Source of the DNA: Alkalimonas sp.
Lineage (GTDB): Bacteria; Pseudomonadota; Gammaproteobacteria; Enterobacterales; Alteromonadaceae
Assembly (NCBI GenBank): GCA_020831935.1
Contig: JAFIFR010000001.1
Span: 1 to 47,759 of the forward strand
Reading direction: 5' to 3'
Length of the DNA: 47,759 nt
Position numbers and translations under genes: made by a program
Shown: in pieces, positions 28,979 to 44,152 of the stretch
How the letters are laid out: every line of letters begins with the position of its first letter
How positions within the stretch are numbered: position 1 is the first letter of the stretch
The notes under the pieces: generated by a model
Databases searched by the model: none
What the model saw: the letters and a program-made list of their open reading frames with translations, nothing else
What the model was told of the DNA's origin: nothing

Positions 28979-31261
28979 ATGACCTTGTTACTCATCCTTG
29001 TCGTTACCCTTGTCGTATTGATTGGGGTTACCCCTATTCGTCGGGCGCTGATTTCTGCCCCGGTTTTTAAAGTATTTAAACGTATTTTGCCGCCCTTGTC
29101 GGAAACCGAGCAACAAGCGATGGAAGCGGGGGATGTCTGGTGGGACGGTGAGCTGTTTAAAGGCAAACCAGACTGGCAGCAACTTCATCAGTTTCCTAAG
29201 CCACAGCTGAATCAGGAAGAGCAGGTGTTTTTGGATGAACAGGTCGAAACGCTGCTTAAAATGCTGGACGATTACGACATTGTGCAGCACAAGCGTGATT
29301 TACCCCCGCAGGTGTGGGACTACCTGAAGCAGGAAGGCTTTTTTGCCATGATCATCCCAAAAAGTTACGGTGGTCGTGGTTTTTCAGCGATTGCCAACTC
29401 CACCATTGTATCGCGGATTGCCAGCCGGAGCCTGACGGCTGCGGTTACCGTGATGGTGCCAAACTCTTTGGGGCCTGGTGAGCTGTTGATGCACTATGGT
29501 ACCGACGAGCAAAAAGATTACTGGTTGCCCAGGCTGGCCGATGGCCGCGATGTGCCTTGTTTTGCTTTGACCGGGCCTGAGGCTGGCTCCGATGCCGGTG
29601 GTATTCCAGATACAGGTGTGATCTGCCGCGCAGAGCATGAAGGCAAGGAAGTGGTGGGTATTCGTCTTAACTGGGACAAGCGTTACATCACCCTTGCTCC
29701 CGTTGCTTCCGTGCTAGGGTTGGCATTCAAGCTGACGGATCCGGATGGCATTCTGGGGGATAAAAAAGACATTGGCATCACCTGTGCTTTGATCCCAACC
29801 TCGCACCCGGGCGTTGAAATCGGTGATCGTCACTTCCCGATGGGGATGGCCTTTATGAATGGCACCACCTATGGCAAGGATGTGTTTATTCCGCTGGAGT
29901 GGATCATCGGTGGTCCAGACTATGCTGGCCGAGGCTGGCGCATGCTGGTTGAGTGTTTATCTGCTGGCCGTGGCATTTCGCTGCCAGCCCTGGCTACAGC
30001 GACAGGGCACCTTGCTAGCCGGATGACCGGGGCTTACAGTTATGTGCGGCAGCAGTTTGGCTTGTCGATTGGGAAGTTTGAAGGCGTGCAGGAGTCTTTT
30101 GCCCGAATTGGCGGTTTGACCTATGGTCTTGAAGCGATGCGGGTGATGACAGCCGGTGCCATCGACTTAAAACTAAGCCCTGGTGTGGTTACGGCCATTG
30201 CCAAATACCACATGACAGAGATGTCCCGCACCATTTTAAACGATGCCTTTGACATTCATGCCGGGCGTGCCATTCAATTGGGGCCAAAAAATTACCTGGC
30301 GCATGGCTACATGGGGGTACCCATCTCCATTACGGTGGAGGGTGCCAACATCCTGACCCGCAACCTGATGATTTTTGGTCAGGGGGCGACCCGTTGTCAT
30401 CCTTATGTATTGGCAGAGCTGCAAGCGGCTGCCAACCCCGATGCTGACGAAGGTTTAAAACAGTTTGATGGCCTGCTGTTGCGTCATGTTGGCTTTGCAC
30501 TTGGCAATACCTTCAGCTGCTTGTGGCAGGGTCTGACTGCGGCTGCCTTTAACAAGAGCCCAATGGCCGGAGAAACCGCACGCTATTACAAGCAGTTAAG
30601 CCGGATGAGCCGGGCGTTGGCCTTAACGGCGGATGTTTCCATGTTGATGATGGGCGGCGACTTAAAGCGCAAAGAGATGTTGTCTGCCCGCCTGGGAGAC
30701 GTCTTAAGTCATTTGTATCTGGCATCTGCGGTGTTGAAATTTTACGAAGACAACGGTCGTCAACTGGCTGATCTGCCTTTCGTGCACTACAACTTGCAAC
30801 GTTCATTGGCTGAAATAGGGCGCGCCTTTGATGGCTTCTTTGCCAACTTCCCAGCCAGAGCAGTTGCTGTGGTATTAAAGCGCCTGATCTTTCCATTCGG
30901 GATTGGCTATAAGATGCCGGCTGATGATATTTGCATGGAGATATGTGATGCACTCTCCAAGCCTGGCGTGATCCGCGATCGCTTGACGCACTTGTGCTAC
31001 ATTGGCGAGGGTGAAAACGACCCGACCGGGTTGATGGAGCAAGCCTTTGTGGAGATGGTGCAGGCGCAGCCACAACTGAAAGCCATTTTGCTGGCTCAGC
31101 GCGAAGGCAAAATCAGCCGCAAGGTGCCGATGGAGCAAGCCATTACCGAAGCAGAAGCGGCAGACATAGTGACAGCAGAGCAGGCCGAGCAACTGCATCG
31201 TATGAACAAGCTGCGTTTTGAAGCCATCAGTGTGGACAGTTTTAAACCTGGTGAGTTGTAA
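28979..31261 (+). CDS. fadE: Acyl-CoA dehydrogenase, FadE type
   Basis: TVMVPNSLGPGELL, PCFALTGPEAGSDAG, GWRMLVECLSAGRGISLP, ITVEGANILTR; FadE-type C-terminal extension. Confidence 0.93.
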   Translation: MTLLLILVVTLVVLIGVTPIRRALISAPVFKVFKRILPPLSETEQQAMEAGDVWWDGELFKGKPDWQQLHQFPKPQLNQEEQVFLDEQVETLLKMLDDYDIVQHKRDLPPQVWDYLKQEGFFAMIIPKSYGGRGFSAIANSTIVSRIASRSLTAAVTVMVPNSLGPGELLMHYGTDEQKDYWLPRLADGRDVPCFALTGPEAGSDAGGIPDTGVICRAEHEGKEVVGIRLNWDKRYITLAPVASVLGLAFKLTDPDGILGDKKDIGITCALIPTSHPGVEIGDRHFPMGMAFMNGTTYGKDVFIPLEWIIGGPDYAGRGWRMLVECLSAGRGISLPALATATGHLASRMTGAYSYVRQQFGLSIGKFEGVQESFARIGGLTYGLEAMRVMTAGAIDLKLSPGVVTAIAKYHMTEMSRTILNDAFDIHAGRAIQLGPKNYLAHGYMGVPISITVEGANILTRNLMIFGQGATRCHPYVLAELQAAANPDADEGLKQFDGLLLRHVGFALGNTFSCLWQGLTAAAFNKSPMAGETARYYKQLSRMSRALALTADVSMLMMGGDLKRKEMLSARLGDVLSHLYLASAVLKFYEDNGRQLADLPFVHYNLQRSLAEIGRAFDGFFANFPARAVAVVLKRLIFPFGIGYKMPADDICMEICDALSKPGVIRDRLTHLCYIGEGENDPTGLMEQAFVEMVQAQPQLKAILLAQREGKISRKVPMEQAITEAEAADIVTAEQAEQLHRMNKLRFEAISVDSFKPGEL

Positions 31262-31269
31262 CATCCAGC

Positions 31270-31303
31270 CATTAAAAAAGGACCGCAAGGTCCTTTTTTA
31301 ATG
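31270..31303. terminator. Bidirectional intrinsic terminator
   Basis: CATTAAAAAAGGACC-gcaa-GGTCCTTTTTTAATG. Confidence 0.93.
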
Positions 31304-31317
31304 CAACAGTGTAAAGC

Positions 31318-32358
31318 TTAACGGCCTTTGGCAATAATTTCCTGGGCCATCAGATCGGCCACCAGGTGGGTGGATTGTTGCTCGGTTTCTGCGCGCTGGA
31401 AAATCTGCAGCAAGGTGTCGTAGATCCGATTGACTTTGACGGTGGCGTCATCGGCGTTGTAACCTTCCGGCCGCATTTCCATGTAGACATTGATAATACC
31501 GCCGGCATTGATCACGTAGTCAGGAGCGTACAGAATACCGCGCTCACGCAGCTGCTCACCATGGCGGGATTGCTGCAGCTGGTTGTTGGCACAACCTGCG
31601 ACCACTTTGGCCTTCAGTTGTGGGATGGTGTCATCATTCAAGGTTGCGCCTAAGGCGCAAGGCGCATAAATGTCGACATCCTGTGCATAGATGCCATCCA
31701 AGGCTACTGCAGTAGCTCCGAACTGACTCACGGCACGTTCAATGGCTTGCGCATTGATGTCGGTCACAAACAGCTCGGCCCCTTCACTGTGCAGGTGCTC
31801 ACACAGATAGAAACCCACACTGCCCAGACCCTGCACGGCCACTTTTAAGCCCTGCAATGAATCGACACCAAAGCGGTGTTTGGCGGCGGCTCGGATCCCT
31901 TGGTAGGTGCCAAGAGCAGTAAATGGGCCAGGATTGCCACTTTTACCTTCCAAGCCTGCGACGAAAGGGGTCTCCTGATTGACCTGCATAATATCACCGG
32001 TGGTGATATTGACGTCTTCGGCGCTGTAGTAGCTGCCACCCAAGCGGTGTAAGTGACGGCCAAAAGCCCGGAATAAAGCTTCTGATTTGATGGTTTTTGC
32101 ATCACCAATAATCACCGACTTACCACCACCAATCGGCAGGCCCGCCATGGCATTTTTGTAGGTCATGCCTTTGGACAAACGCAGCACATCACGAATGGCT
32201 TCTTCGTCGCTGGCATAATTCCATAAACGACAGCCGCCCACAGCGGGCCCTAAGGCGGTGCTGTGTACAGCAATAATGGCTTTTAAGCCGGTTGCCTCAT
32301 CACTGCAAAAGACGACTTGTTCATGTTGATCAAACTCTGGGTGATTGAATACGGCCAC
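31318..32358 (-). CDS. ldh: Leucine dehydrogenase (Glu/Leu/Phe/Val dehydrogenase family)
   Basis: HEQVVFC, LGPAVGGCR, LSKGMTYKNAMAGL, GGGKSVI, VQGLGSVG, AGCANNQL, PDYVINAGG; GTG start preceded by GGAG. Confidence 0.93.
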   Translation of the reverse strand: MAVFNHPEFDQHEQVVFCSDEATGLKAIIAVHSTALGPAVGGCRLWNYASDEEAIRDVLRLSKGMTYKNAMAGLPIGGGKSVIIGDAKTIKSEALFRAFGRHLHRLGGSYYSAEDVNITTGDIMQVNQETPFVAGLEGKSGNPGPFTALGTYQGIRAAAKHRFGVDSLQGLKVAVQGLGSVGFYLCEHLHSEGAELFVTDINAQAIERAVSQFGATAVALDGIYAQDVDIYAPCALGATLNDDTIPQLKAKVVAGCANNQLQQSRHGEQLRERGILYAPDYVINAGGIINVYMEMRPEGYNADDATVKVNRIYDTLLQIFQRAETEQQSTHLVADLMAQEIIAKGR

Positions 32359-32482
32359 TTTGACTCTCCGCTGGCATAAATAGGATGGTTCTTTGCATGG
32401 TTATGCCATGCAACAGACCGATTTTTGCGCTGCGCAATGTATCATTTCAGACTGGGTTACGCCAGTGCAGGCTAAATTTTTC

Positions 32483-32499
32483 CTTTGGTCTGACCAGAT
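32483..32499. promoter_or_regulatory. FadR/GntR-type operator palindrome between ldh and the DUF4826 gene
   Basis: CTTTGGTCTGACCAGAT, with perfect core TGGTC-T-GACCA. Confidence 0.55.
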
Positions 32500-32593
32500 G
32501 GCTGGCAATATGCTTATGACTGTACAGCATGCTTGATTGTCACCTCGGCCTGGCATAGAGTAGAGGCTGGTTTAATCAGACAGATATGCAGTA

Positions 32594-33010
32594 ATGAGTG
32601 AACAACTGACCGAGCAACAGCAAAGCGAGTGGGTGCGTACCCAGTTTCAAAAAGCCAATGAATATTTGGGTTCTAAAGGCATACTGCCTGATCAGGTATT
32701 GGTTAAAGAGTCCCGTTATCTGGTGCCACTGGTTGCGATTTGGCGGATAAAAAGTCAGGATCGTAAAGAGTATTGGGTGTTAACCGGGGATTTGCCCAGT
32801 GACCATATGCCGCTTGCTGCAGCAACTAGCCCTAAAGAAGCCATTCGAGCCTTTTCATTGCACTGGCAGCTGAAAGCACAGCAAATTTTAGATACTCAGC
32901 AGGGTGATAAAACTCAGCTTGATTTTGCTAACCTGCTGATAGGGCGAGCGCAAAGCCTGTACGAGCTTTTTAACAATGAAGCGATGTGGCAGAGCTCTCA
33001 GTCATCCTGA
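32594..33010 (+). CDS. DUF4826-family protein
   Basis: WVRTQFQKANEYL, ESRYLVPLVAIW, YWVLTGDLPSDH and FSLHWQLKA, recognised from the family pattern; TTGATT-17-TAGAGT upstream. Confidence 0.8.
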   Translation: MSEQLTEQQQSEWVRTQFQKANEYLGSKGILPDQVLVKESRYLVPLVAIWRIKSQDRKEYWVLTGDLPSDHMPLAAATSPKEAIRAFSLHWQLKAQQILDTQQGDKTQLDFANLLIGRAQSLYELFNNEAMWQSSQSS

Positions 33011-33026
33011 TTGTACAGCGAATAAT

Positions 33027-33052
33027 ACAAAGCCGCCGAAAGGCGGCTTTGT
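33027..33052. terminator. Bidirectional terminator hairpin (GAAA tetraloop)
   Basis: ACAAAGCCGCC-gaaa-GGCGGCTTTGT. Confidence 0.88.
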
Positions 33053-33061
33053 TGTATCGGC

Positions 33062-34216
33062 TTATTCGATAAAGTACCAGTACCCCTGGTTAATCAACTG
33101 AGTGATAAACCCCAGACGCTCAGGAGTTTGCACCAGGTGTCGGCAGGCCGCTTCGTCCAGCTGAGGATGGTCGGTTAACAGCCGAGCGGTGGTAAGTTCA
33201 GTCGCTGGCAACGGAAAGCGATCGCCATTGATAAAAAGCTGCACATCCGCGTTTGCATCCAACTGCTGATAACAGCAACGAAGCCCACCCAGACGGCCCA
33301 GCACCGAGCCTTCTTCCAGATACTCGGCAATTTCCTCTGCCTGATAATGCGGTTCGGGCTCCTGCAAGTCCAGTTCGCGCTTGGCCTGACTGATGTAGCT
33401 GCCAAACCAGTGGCTGATTAAGTCATCATCGCTCAGCATTGCTTGCATCAGCTGCCGGATTTCCGCCAGATCGCGTCCCTGAATGGCGCCGGGTGACTCG
33501 CAGGCCAAACGACCCGGATCGCTGAAGCGTTCTCCATCGATTTGAAAGTCCAGCAGGTAATCGGCCAGGCCACCGAAAAGATCTTTTTGTGCCGGTGCCC
33601 GAAAGCCAACGGAGTAATTCAGGCTGGGCTCCAGGGCGACGCCATCGTGTGGGCAGCCCGGTGGGATGTACAGTATATCGCCGGGTTCCATCACGGCATC
33701 AATGCACGCCTGAAAATCACTGACCTGCAGCAGCCTGGGGTGGGGACAGAACTGCTCCAGGCTGGCATCGGGCATGCCGACCCGCCAGCGCCGTTTGCCC
33801 ATGCCCTGAATGATAAAGACATCGTACTGATCCAAATGCGGGCCGACACCACCACCTGGTGCTGAAAAGCTGACCATCAGATCGTCGATACGCCAGTTAG
33901 GAATAAAACGAAAAGGCTCCAGCAAGGTAGCAGCAGCCGGATGCCAGTGATCCACTGCCTGCACCAGCAAGGTCCAGTCTTGCTCACCATAGCCTTCAAA
34001 GTGCTCAAAAGGACCTTCATCCAGTTGCCAGCTTCCTTCGCTGCGCTGAATTAAACGGGCATCGACCTGCTCATCCAAAGCCAGTCCGGCCAGCTCATCC
34101 GCCGAAAGCGGGTCCTGGAAGTTTTGAAAGCCGCCCTTGATCAGCAACGGCTTTTTTTGCCAGTACTCGGCCAGAAACTGCTCGAGGCTCAGGCTTGCTA
34201 AATCCAGCTGATACAT
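33062..34216 (-). CDS. roxA: Ribosomal protein uL16 3-hydroxylase (JmjC/cupin; RoxA/YcfD)
   Basis: FLAEYWQKKPLLI, WTLLVQAVDHW, WRIDDLM, GVGPHLDQYDVF, PGDILYIPPGCPH and YSVGFRAP; downstream of purB; GGAG 7 nt before ATG 34216. Confidence 0.92.
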   Translation of the reverse strand: MYQLDLASLSLEQFLAEYWQKKPLLIKGGFQNFQDPLSADELAGLALDEQVDARLIQRSEGSWQLDEGPFEHFEGYGEQDWTLLVQAVDHWHPAAATLLEPFRFIPNWRIDDLMVSFSAPGGGVGPHLDQYDVFIIQGMGKRRWRVGMPDASLEQFCPHPRLLQVSDFQACIDAVMEPGDILYIPPGCPHDGVALEPSLNYSVGFRAPAQKDLFGGLADYLLDFQIDGERFSDPGRLACESPGAIQGRDLAEIRQLMQAMLSDDDLISHWFGSYISQAKRELDLQEPEPHYQAEEIAEYLEEGSVLGRLGGLRCCYQQLDANADVQLFINGDRFPLPATELTTARLLTDHPQLDEAACRHLVQTPERLGFITQLINQGYWYFIE

Positions 34217-34230
34217 CGGTTGCTCCAGAC

Positions 34231-36251
<2,021 letters not shown>

Positions 36252-36254
36252 AGT

Positions 36255-37367
36255 TTAGTTCAGTGCCTTATCGATAATGCCGCCACCCAGGCAAACGTCG
36301 TCCAGATAAAATACAGCGGACTGGCCGGGCGTGACGGCCTTTTGCGGGCTGTCAAAATCAACCCTGAGCGCGCCATCCGGCAGCGGGGTCAGGGTGCAGG
36401 GGATATCGTGCTGGCGGTAACGGGTTTTCACCGTGCAGCGCAGTGGCTCGCTTGGCCCGGCTCTGTCCACCCAGTGCAATTGGCTGGCGAACAATCCTTT
36501 GGCAAACAGACTGGGATGCTCGGCGCCTTGTACCACCAGCAAGCGGTTGTGGCTCAGATCCTTGCCAGCGACGTACCAGGGCGCTTCACCGCTGTCTTTT
36601 AAACCGCCAATCCCCAGACCTTTGCGTTGTCCAAGGGTGTGGTACATCAGCCCTTCGTGTCGGCCAATCACAGTGCCATCCGGGGTGACGATATCACCCG
36701 GCTGGGCAGGCAGGTATTTTTGCAAAAAGTCTTTAAATTTGCGCTCACCAATAAAGCAAATGCCAGTGCTGTCTTTTTTGTCGTGAGTGATAAAGCCCTG
36801 TTGCTCGGCGATGGCACGAACTTCATGCTTTTCAAGCTCACCGACAGGAAACAGGGTTTGGGCAACATGCTGCTCGGCCAGAGTGTAGAGAAAATAGCTT
36901 TGGTCTTTGTTCTGGTCCAAACCCCGTAACAGCTGCCAATGACCTTGTTGTTGACGACGGCGGACGTAATGGCCAGTCGCGATGTAATCGGCTTGCAGAG
37001 CTTCGGCTGCGAACTCCAAAAAGGCTTTGAACTTGATTTCTTTGTTGCACATGATATCCGGGTTGGGGGTACGGCCCGCCTTGTATTCGGCTAGAAAGTA
37101 CTCGAATACCTGATCCCAGTACTCGGCGGCAAAGTTGACTTTGTGCAGCTTGATGCCAAGTCGATCGCAGACCTGCTGGGCGTCGGCCATATCTTCTGCC
37201 GCTGCGCAATAGTCATCATTGTCGTCCTCTTCCCAGTTTTTCATAAAGAGGCCTTCCACCTGATAGCCCTGTTGCAGCAGCAAATAGGCAGAAACAGACG
37301 AATCGACACCACCGGACATACCGACAATGACTTTTTTAGGGGCTGATGGAGAGGCTGAGACGGACAT
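36255..37367 (-). CDS. mnmA: tRNA-specific 2-thiouridylase
   Basis: [44 protein letters not shown] and AVTPGQ. Confidence 0.99.
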   Translation of the reverse strand: MSVSASPSAPKKVIVGMSGGVDSSVSAYLLLQQGYQVEGLFMKNWEEDDNDDYCAAAEDMADAQQVCDRLGIKLHKVNFAAEYWDQVFEYFLAEYKAGRTPNPDIMCNKEIKFKAFLEFAAEALQADYIATGHYVRRRQQQGHWQLLRGLDQNKDQSYFLYTLAEQHVAQTLFPVGELEKHEVRAIAEQQGFITHDKKDSTGICFIGERKFKDFLQKYLPAQPGDIVTPDGTVIGRHEGLMYHTLGQRKGLGIGGLKDSGEAPWYVAGKDLSHNRLLVVQGAEHPSLFAKGLFASQLHWVDRAGPSEPLRCTVKTRYRQHDIPCTLTPLPDGALRVDFDSPQKAVTPGQSAVFYLDDVCLGGGIIDKALN

Positions 37368-37399
37368 GAGGCCTTGTGCAGTGGAAAAAATTGGGCAGG

Positions 37400-37408
37400 A
37401 TTATAGCA
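37400..37408 (-). promoter_or_regulatory. Extended -10 promoter for mnmA-hflD-purB-roxA
   Basis: Minus-strand TGCTATAAT directly after the rluE stop codon. Confidence 0.65.
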
Positions 37409-38077
37409 TTATTTTTTGGCCTTCACACCCGAAAACCGTTGTCTTTGGCGAGGGCCGGCGCCAGCTTTCACAGAGGAGCCGTTAAAAAAATGGGCCGCCT
37501 CGGTCAGCTGCTGGTATTCGCCAGCAGCCAGGGGGGCCAGTTGCCAGGGGCCAATGGCAACGCGGATCAGTCGCAGGGTAGGGAAGCCAACCGCAGCCGT
37601 CATGCGCCGGACCTGCCGGTTTCGCCCTTCGGTAATGCTCAGCTCGAGCCAGCTGGTTGGGATCTGCTGGCGCTGACGGATCGGCGGCTGGCGTGGTCCG
37701 ACATCGGGCTCATCGAGCCGTCGGGTTTTAGCTGGCCGGGTCAGGCCATCTTTAAGCTGCACGCCGCGGGACAGCTGATGCAGGGCGGCATCGGTGATTG
37801 CGCCTTCGACTTGCACCCAATAGGTTTTGCTTAGTTTGTTGCTGGGGTTGGCAATTTGCTGCTGCCAGCGGCCGTTGTTGGTTAGCAGCAGCAAGCCTTC
37901 GCTGTCGTAATCCAGCCGACCGGCAGCGTAGATCCCGGGGATCGGGATGTAGTCGGCCAAGGTTTGACGTTGCTGCGGGCTTTGGTCGGTGAATTGACAC
38001 AGCACCTGGTAAGGCTTGTGAAACGCAATCAGCCGACTCGATTCGACTTTGGTCGGATTGTGGTTTTTTCGATTCAC
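37409..38077 (-). CDS. rluE: 23S rRNA pseudouridine synthase RluE (start uncertain)
   Basis: FHKPYQVLCQF, YAAGRLDYDSEGLLLLTN, KTYWVQVEG and ITEGRNRQVRRMTAAVGFPTLRLIR; lies between mnmA and icd. GTG 38077 chosen tentatively. Confidence 0.9.
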   Translation of the reverse strand: MNRKNHNPTKVESSRLIAFHKPYQVLCQFTDQSPQQRQTLADYIPIPGIYAAGRLDYDSEGLLLLTNNGRWQQQIANPSNKLSKTYWVQVEGAITDAALHQLSRGVQLKDGLTRPAKTRRLDEPDVGPRQPPIRQRQQIPTSWLELSITEGRNRQVRRMTAAVGFPTLRLIRVAIGPWQLAPLAAGEYQQLTEAAHFFNGSSVKAGAGPRQRQRFSGVKAKK

Positions 38078-38187
38078 TGTAGGGTTCTGTGTACAGTCTG
38101 GCCAGCCGGTGCGACAGTTTAGCATAAAATCAGGTTTGAAACAGGCTGCTGCATTTGAGTCATCGACTAGGCGGGGCCGGGTGGAGC

Positions 38188-40613
<2,426 letters not shown>

Positions 40614-40620
40614 TGGCATG

Positions 40621-40701
40621 AAAAACAGCCATCATGGCTTCATGATGGCTGAATCTGCAATAAAAAAGCTCAGGCACTGCATGCAGTGCCTGCTTGTTTT
40701 T
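40621..40701. terminator. Tandem terminator hairpins between convergent icd and cspD
   Basis: AAAAA-CAGCCATCATG-gctt-CATGATGGCTG (40621-40651), and a 22-bp palindrome CAGGCACTGCATGCAGTGCCTG (40671-40692) flanked by A and T tracts. Confidence 0.8.
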
Positions 40702-40727
40702 AGCTTTCGGTCAGGGCAGCCTTATCG

Positions 40728-40952
40728 TTAGCTGTCTGACTTTTCTTCTCCTGGCAGCACGATGTTGACTGCATGCAAGCCTTTCGGGCCTTCCGCTAGA
40801 TCAAATTGAACATCCTGCCCTGCTTTCAGGGTACGGTAACCATCCATAGCAATGGTGGAGTAGTGTGCAAAAATGTCTTCATCTCTGCCATCTTCCCGGA
40901 TAAATCCAAAGCCTTTGGCATTGTTGAACCATTTTACTTTACCGGTAGCCAT
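40728..40952 (-). CDS. cspD: Cold-shock domain protein CspD
   Basis: MATGKVKWFNNAKGFGFI, DIFAHYSTI.MDGYRTLKAGQ; divergent from clpS. Confidence 0.97.
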   Translation of the reverse strand: MATGKVKWFNNAKGFGFIREDGRDEDIFAHYSTIAMDGYRTLKAGQDVQFDLAEGPKGLHAVNIVLPGEEKSDS

Positions 40953-41034
40953 ACTACTTACATCCTTCTTTAAGTGAGCTAAATTCTGTGTGCAGGTATA
41001 ATAAAAACAGGGTAAATGCGTTACCCTAGTACTT

Positions 41035-41062
41035 AATGTAGATAATTTGCTCAGACAGTCAA
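41035..41062 (-). promoter_or_regulatory. Putative cspD promoter
   Basis: Minus strand TTGACT, 16 nt, TACATT; a small hairpin AGGGTAA/TTACCCT (41009-41027) at the start of the leader. Confidence 0.5.
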
Positions 41063-41144
41063 GTTTTTTGCAATTAAATCTCTGGATATTTACGAATCAT
41101 TAAACTGGTCTGGTCTGATCCAATGTAAGGCGCCTATAACAGCT

Positions 41145-41465
41145 ATGAGTTGGTTGAAAGAGTTTGCAAGTCAGCAGGAAGATACTGCGGAGTTAACCCG
41201 GCAGCAGGTGGTTCCCCCTTCGATGTATCGGGTTATTTTGCACAACGATGATTACACCCCAATGGACTTTGTCATTGATGTGCTGATCCGATTTTTTAAT
41301 ATGCAGTATGAACAAGCCAGCGAGGTGATGTTGCAGGTGCATCACAAGGGCAGCGCTACTTGCGGCATTTTTACCGCGGAAATCGCCGAAACCAAGGTGC
41401 AACAGGTCAGCGAATATGCAAAATCCCACGAACATCCATTGCTTTGTTCGATGGAACGAGCTTAA
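41145..41465 (+). CDS. clpS: Clp protease adaptor ClpS
   Basis: [35 protein letters not shown] and HPLLC. Confidence 0.98.
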   Translation: MSWLKEFASQQEDTAELTRQQVVPPSMYRVILHNDDYTPMDFVIDVLIRFFNMQYEQASEVMLQVHHKGSATCGIFTAEIAETKVQQVSEYAKSHEHPLLCSMERA

Positions 41466-41516
41466 CTTAAGGGAAGCACGCGACCAGCAAACTAAGATGC
41501 AGTCAGGAGTCCATCT

Positions 41517-43775
41517 ATGTTGAATAAAGATCTTGAATTGACGTTGAACCTGGCCTTTCGATTTGCCAGAGAGCGTCGTCATGAGTACATGACGGTGGAG
41601 CATTTACTGCTGGCCTTGTTGGACAACCCTGCGGCCGGAGAGGCCCTGAAGTCTTGCGGTGCCAATATTGAAAAATTGCGTCTGGAGTTGGCTACTTTTA
41701 TTGACTCGACCACCCCCCTGTTGCCGGATGACGATGCCGAGCGGGATACCCAACCCACGCTGGGTTTTCAGCGTGTGTTGCAGCGTGCCGTTTTTCATGT
41801 GCAGTCTTCGGGTAAAACTGAAGTGACCGGTGCCAATGTACTGGTAGCCATTTTCAGCGAGCAGGAGTCTCAGGCGGTGTACTTGCTGAAGAAAGTCGAT
41901 ATCAGCCGGCTGGATGTGGTCAATTACATCTCGCATGGTGTGATTAAAACCGAGAAGTTGGAACAGCATGACGAGCGGGTGCAGGATGATTTGACTGAAG
42001 CGCCGGCTGAAGAAGCCAGGTCGTTGGATAGTTTTACCAGCAACCTGAATACCTTAGCCAAACAAGGTCAAATCGACCCTTTGATTGGCCGCGATGAAGA
42101 GCTGGAACGCGCCATTCAGGTGTTGTGCCGCCGTAAAAAGAACAACCCCTTGCTGGTCGGCGAAGCCGGTGTTGGCAAAACCGCCATTGCCGAAGGGCTG
42201 GCATTTCGGATTGTGAAAAAGCAAGTGCCAACCGTGATTGAGAATGCCACCATTTACTCATTGGATATGGGCTCTTTGCTGGCGGGCACCAAGTACCGTG
42301 GTGACTTTGAAAAGCGCTTGAAGTCGCTGCTAAAGGAGCTGGAAAAAGAAGAGGGAGCTATCCTCTTTATTGACGAAATTCATACCGTTATTGGAGCAGG
42401 GGCCGCGTCTGGCGGTGTGATGGATGCCTCCAACCTGATTAAGCCTTTGCTGTCGAGCGGGCGCTTGCGTTGCATTGGCTCGACCACCTACCAGGAGTTT
42501 AAAAATATCTTTGAAAAAGATACCGCCCTGGTCCGGCGTTTTCAGAAGATCGACGTGACTGAGCCCAGCGTGGAAGATACCACCCGAATTCTGCAGGGGT
42601 TGAAAGAACGCTATGAAAAACACCACAGCGTGCGCTACACCCAAAAAGCGCTGCGTGCTGCCGCCGAGTTGTCAGCCAAATACATCAATGAACGCCACTT
42701 ACCGGACAAAGCCATCGACGTGATTGATGAAGCGGGGGCCAGTCAGCGCTTACTGCCGGAATCCCGGCGCAAAAAAGTGATCAATGTGCCGGATATCGAG
42801 CATGTGATTGCCAAAATGGCGCGGATCCCGGAAAAATCGGTGTCGGCTTCTGATCGGGACGTGCTAAGTAATCTGGATCGCAACCTGAAGCTGGTGGTCT
42901 ATGGTCAGGACTCGGCCATTGATGCCCTGACCGCAGCCATTCGACTGTCCCGCTCGGGCCTTGGCAATGAGGAAAAACCCATCGGCAGCTTCCTGTTTGC
43001 TGGTCCTACTGGCGTGGGGAAAACCGAAGTCACCAAGCAACTTGCCCGTGTGATGGGGGTGGAGCTGCTGCGCTTTGATATGTCGGAATACGTCGAGCGT
43101 CATGCCATCAGCCGCCTGATAGGGGCACCTCCGGGCTATGTTGGCTTTGAGCAAGGTGGCTTGTTGACCGATGCGGTCTCCAAGCATCCATACGCAGTGG
43201 TGCTGTTGGATGAGATTGAAAAAGCACACAGCGACATTTACAACATTTTGTTGCAAGTGATGGATCACGGCACCCTGACCGACAACAATGGCCGTAAGAT
43301 TGACTTTAGGAATGTGGTGCTGGTGATGACCACCAATGCCGGAGTGCAGGAAACCGTACGTAAGTCGATTGGTTTTCAACAGCAAGATCACAGCCACGAT
43401 GCGATGGCCGAAATCAACCGGACCTTTACACCGGAGTTCCGCAACCGATTGGACAGCATTATCTGGTTCGAGCATTTGGACAGCAGCATTATTTTGCAGG
43501 TGGTGGATAAATTTGTCTGCGAGCTGCAGGCGCAACTGGATAAAAAGCAAGTGTCGCTGGAGTTGTCATCCGAAGCACGGCAGTGGCTGGCTGAGCAAGG
43601 CTACGATAAAGCAATGGGTGCACGGCCTATGGCTCGTGTTATCCAGGAGCAGCTGAAAAAGCCGTTGGCCAATGAAATCCTGTTTGGGCGCTTGTTGCAA
43701 GGCGGTGATGTCCGGGTCGAGTTGGTTGGAAATAAACTCGACTTTGTCTTCCAGGAAGAGCCTGAGCCCGCCTAA
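41517..43775 (+). CDS. clpA: ATP-dependent Clp protease ATP-binding subunit ClpA
   Basis: [27 protein letters not shown], and two Walker A motifs ([16 protein letters not shown]). Confidence 0.99.
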   Translation: MLNKDLELTLNLAFRFARERRHEYMTVEHLLLALLDNPAAGEALKSCGANIEKLRLELATFIDSTTPLLPDDDAERDTQPTLGFQRVLQRAVFHVQSSGKTEVTGANVLVAIFSEQESQAVYLLKKVDISRLDVVNYISHGVIKTEKLEQHDERVQDDLTEAPAEEARSLDSFTSNLNTLAKQGQIDPLIGRDEELERAIQVLCRRKKNNPLLVGEAGVGKTAIAEGLAFRIVKKQVPTVIENATIYSLDMGSLLAGTKYRGDFEKRLKSLLKELEKEEGAILFIDEIHTVIGAGAASGGVMDASNLIKPLLSSGRLRCIGSTTYQEFKNIFEKDTALVRRFQKIDVTEPSVEDTTRILQGLKERYEKHHSVRYTQKALRAAAELSAKYINERHLPDKAIDVIDEAGASQRLLPESRRKKVINVPDIEHVIAKMARIPEKSVSASDRDVLSNLDRNLKLVVYGQDSAIDALTAAIRLSRSGLGNEEKPIGSFLFAGPTGVGKTEVTKQLARVMGVELLRFDMSEYVERHAISRLIGAPPGYVGFEQGGLLTDAVSKHPYAVVLLDEIEKAHSDIYNILLQVMDHGTLTDNNGRKIDFRNVVLVMTTNAGVQETVRKSIGFQQQDHSHDAMAEINRTFTPEFRNRLDSIIWFEHLDSSIILQVVDKFVCELQAQLDKKQVSLELSSEARQWLAEQGYDKAMGARPMARVIQEQLKKPLANEILFGRLLQGGDVRVELVGNKLDFVFQEEPEPA

Positions 43776-43793
43776 GCGAAAGGAGCTGAACCA

Positions 43794-43825
43794 ACCAAAA
43801 AACCCGCTGCTGCGGGTTTTTTGGT
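43794..43825. terminator. Bidirectional intrinsic terminator
   Basis: ACCAAAAAACCCGC-tgct-GCGGGTTTTTTGGT. Confidence 0.93.
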
Positions 43826-43845
43826 GCCAGTCCTGAAAACAAGGA

Positions 43846-44064
<219 letters not shown>

Positions 44065-44152
44065 TCAGCGTACTCGCCTCTAATCGTGTGAAAATTAAAA
44101 CAGCGCAGATTGTGCCGAAAACAACCAGCCTTGTAAAGCTTGGCGGGCTCTT

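Noticed and set aside
40671-40692. 22-bp perfect palindrome as a mobile-element end or operator
   Set aside because: I saw only one copy in the window. It is flanked by A and T tracts between convergent genes and is explained as a terminator.
41103-41119. AACTGGTCTGGTCTGAT upstream of clpS as a FadR site
   Set aside because: Only one good half-site, produced by a short CTGGT direct repeat, with no functional rationale.
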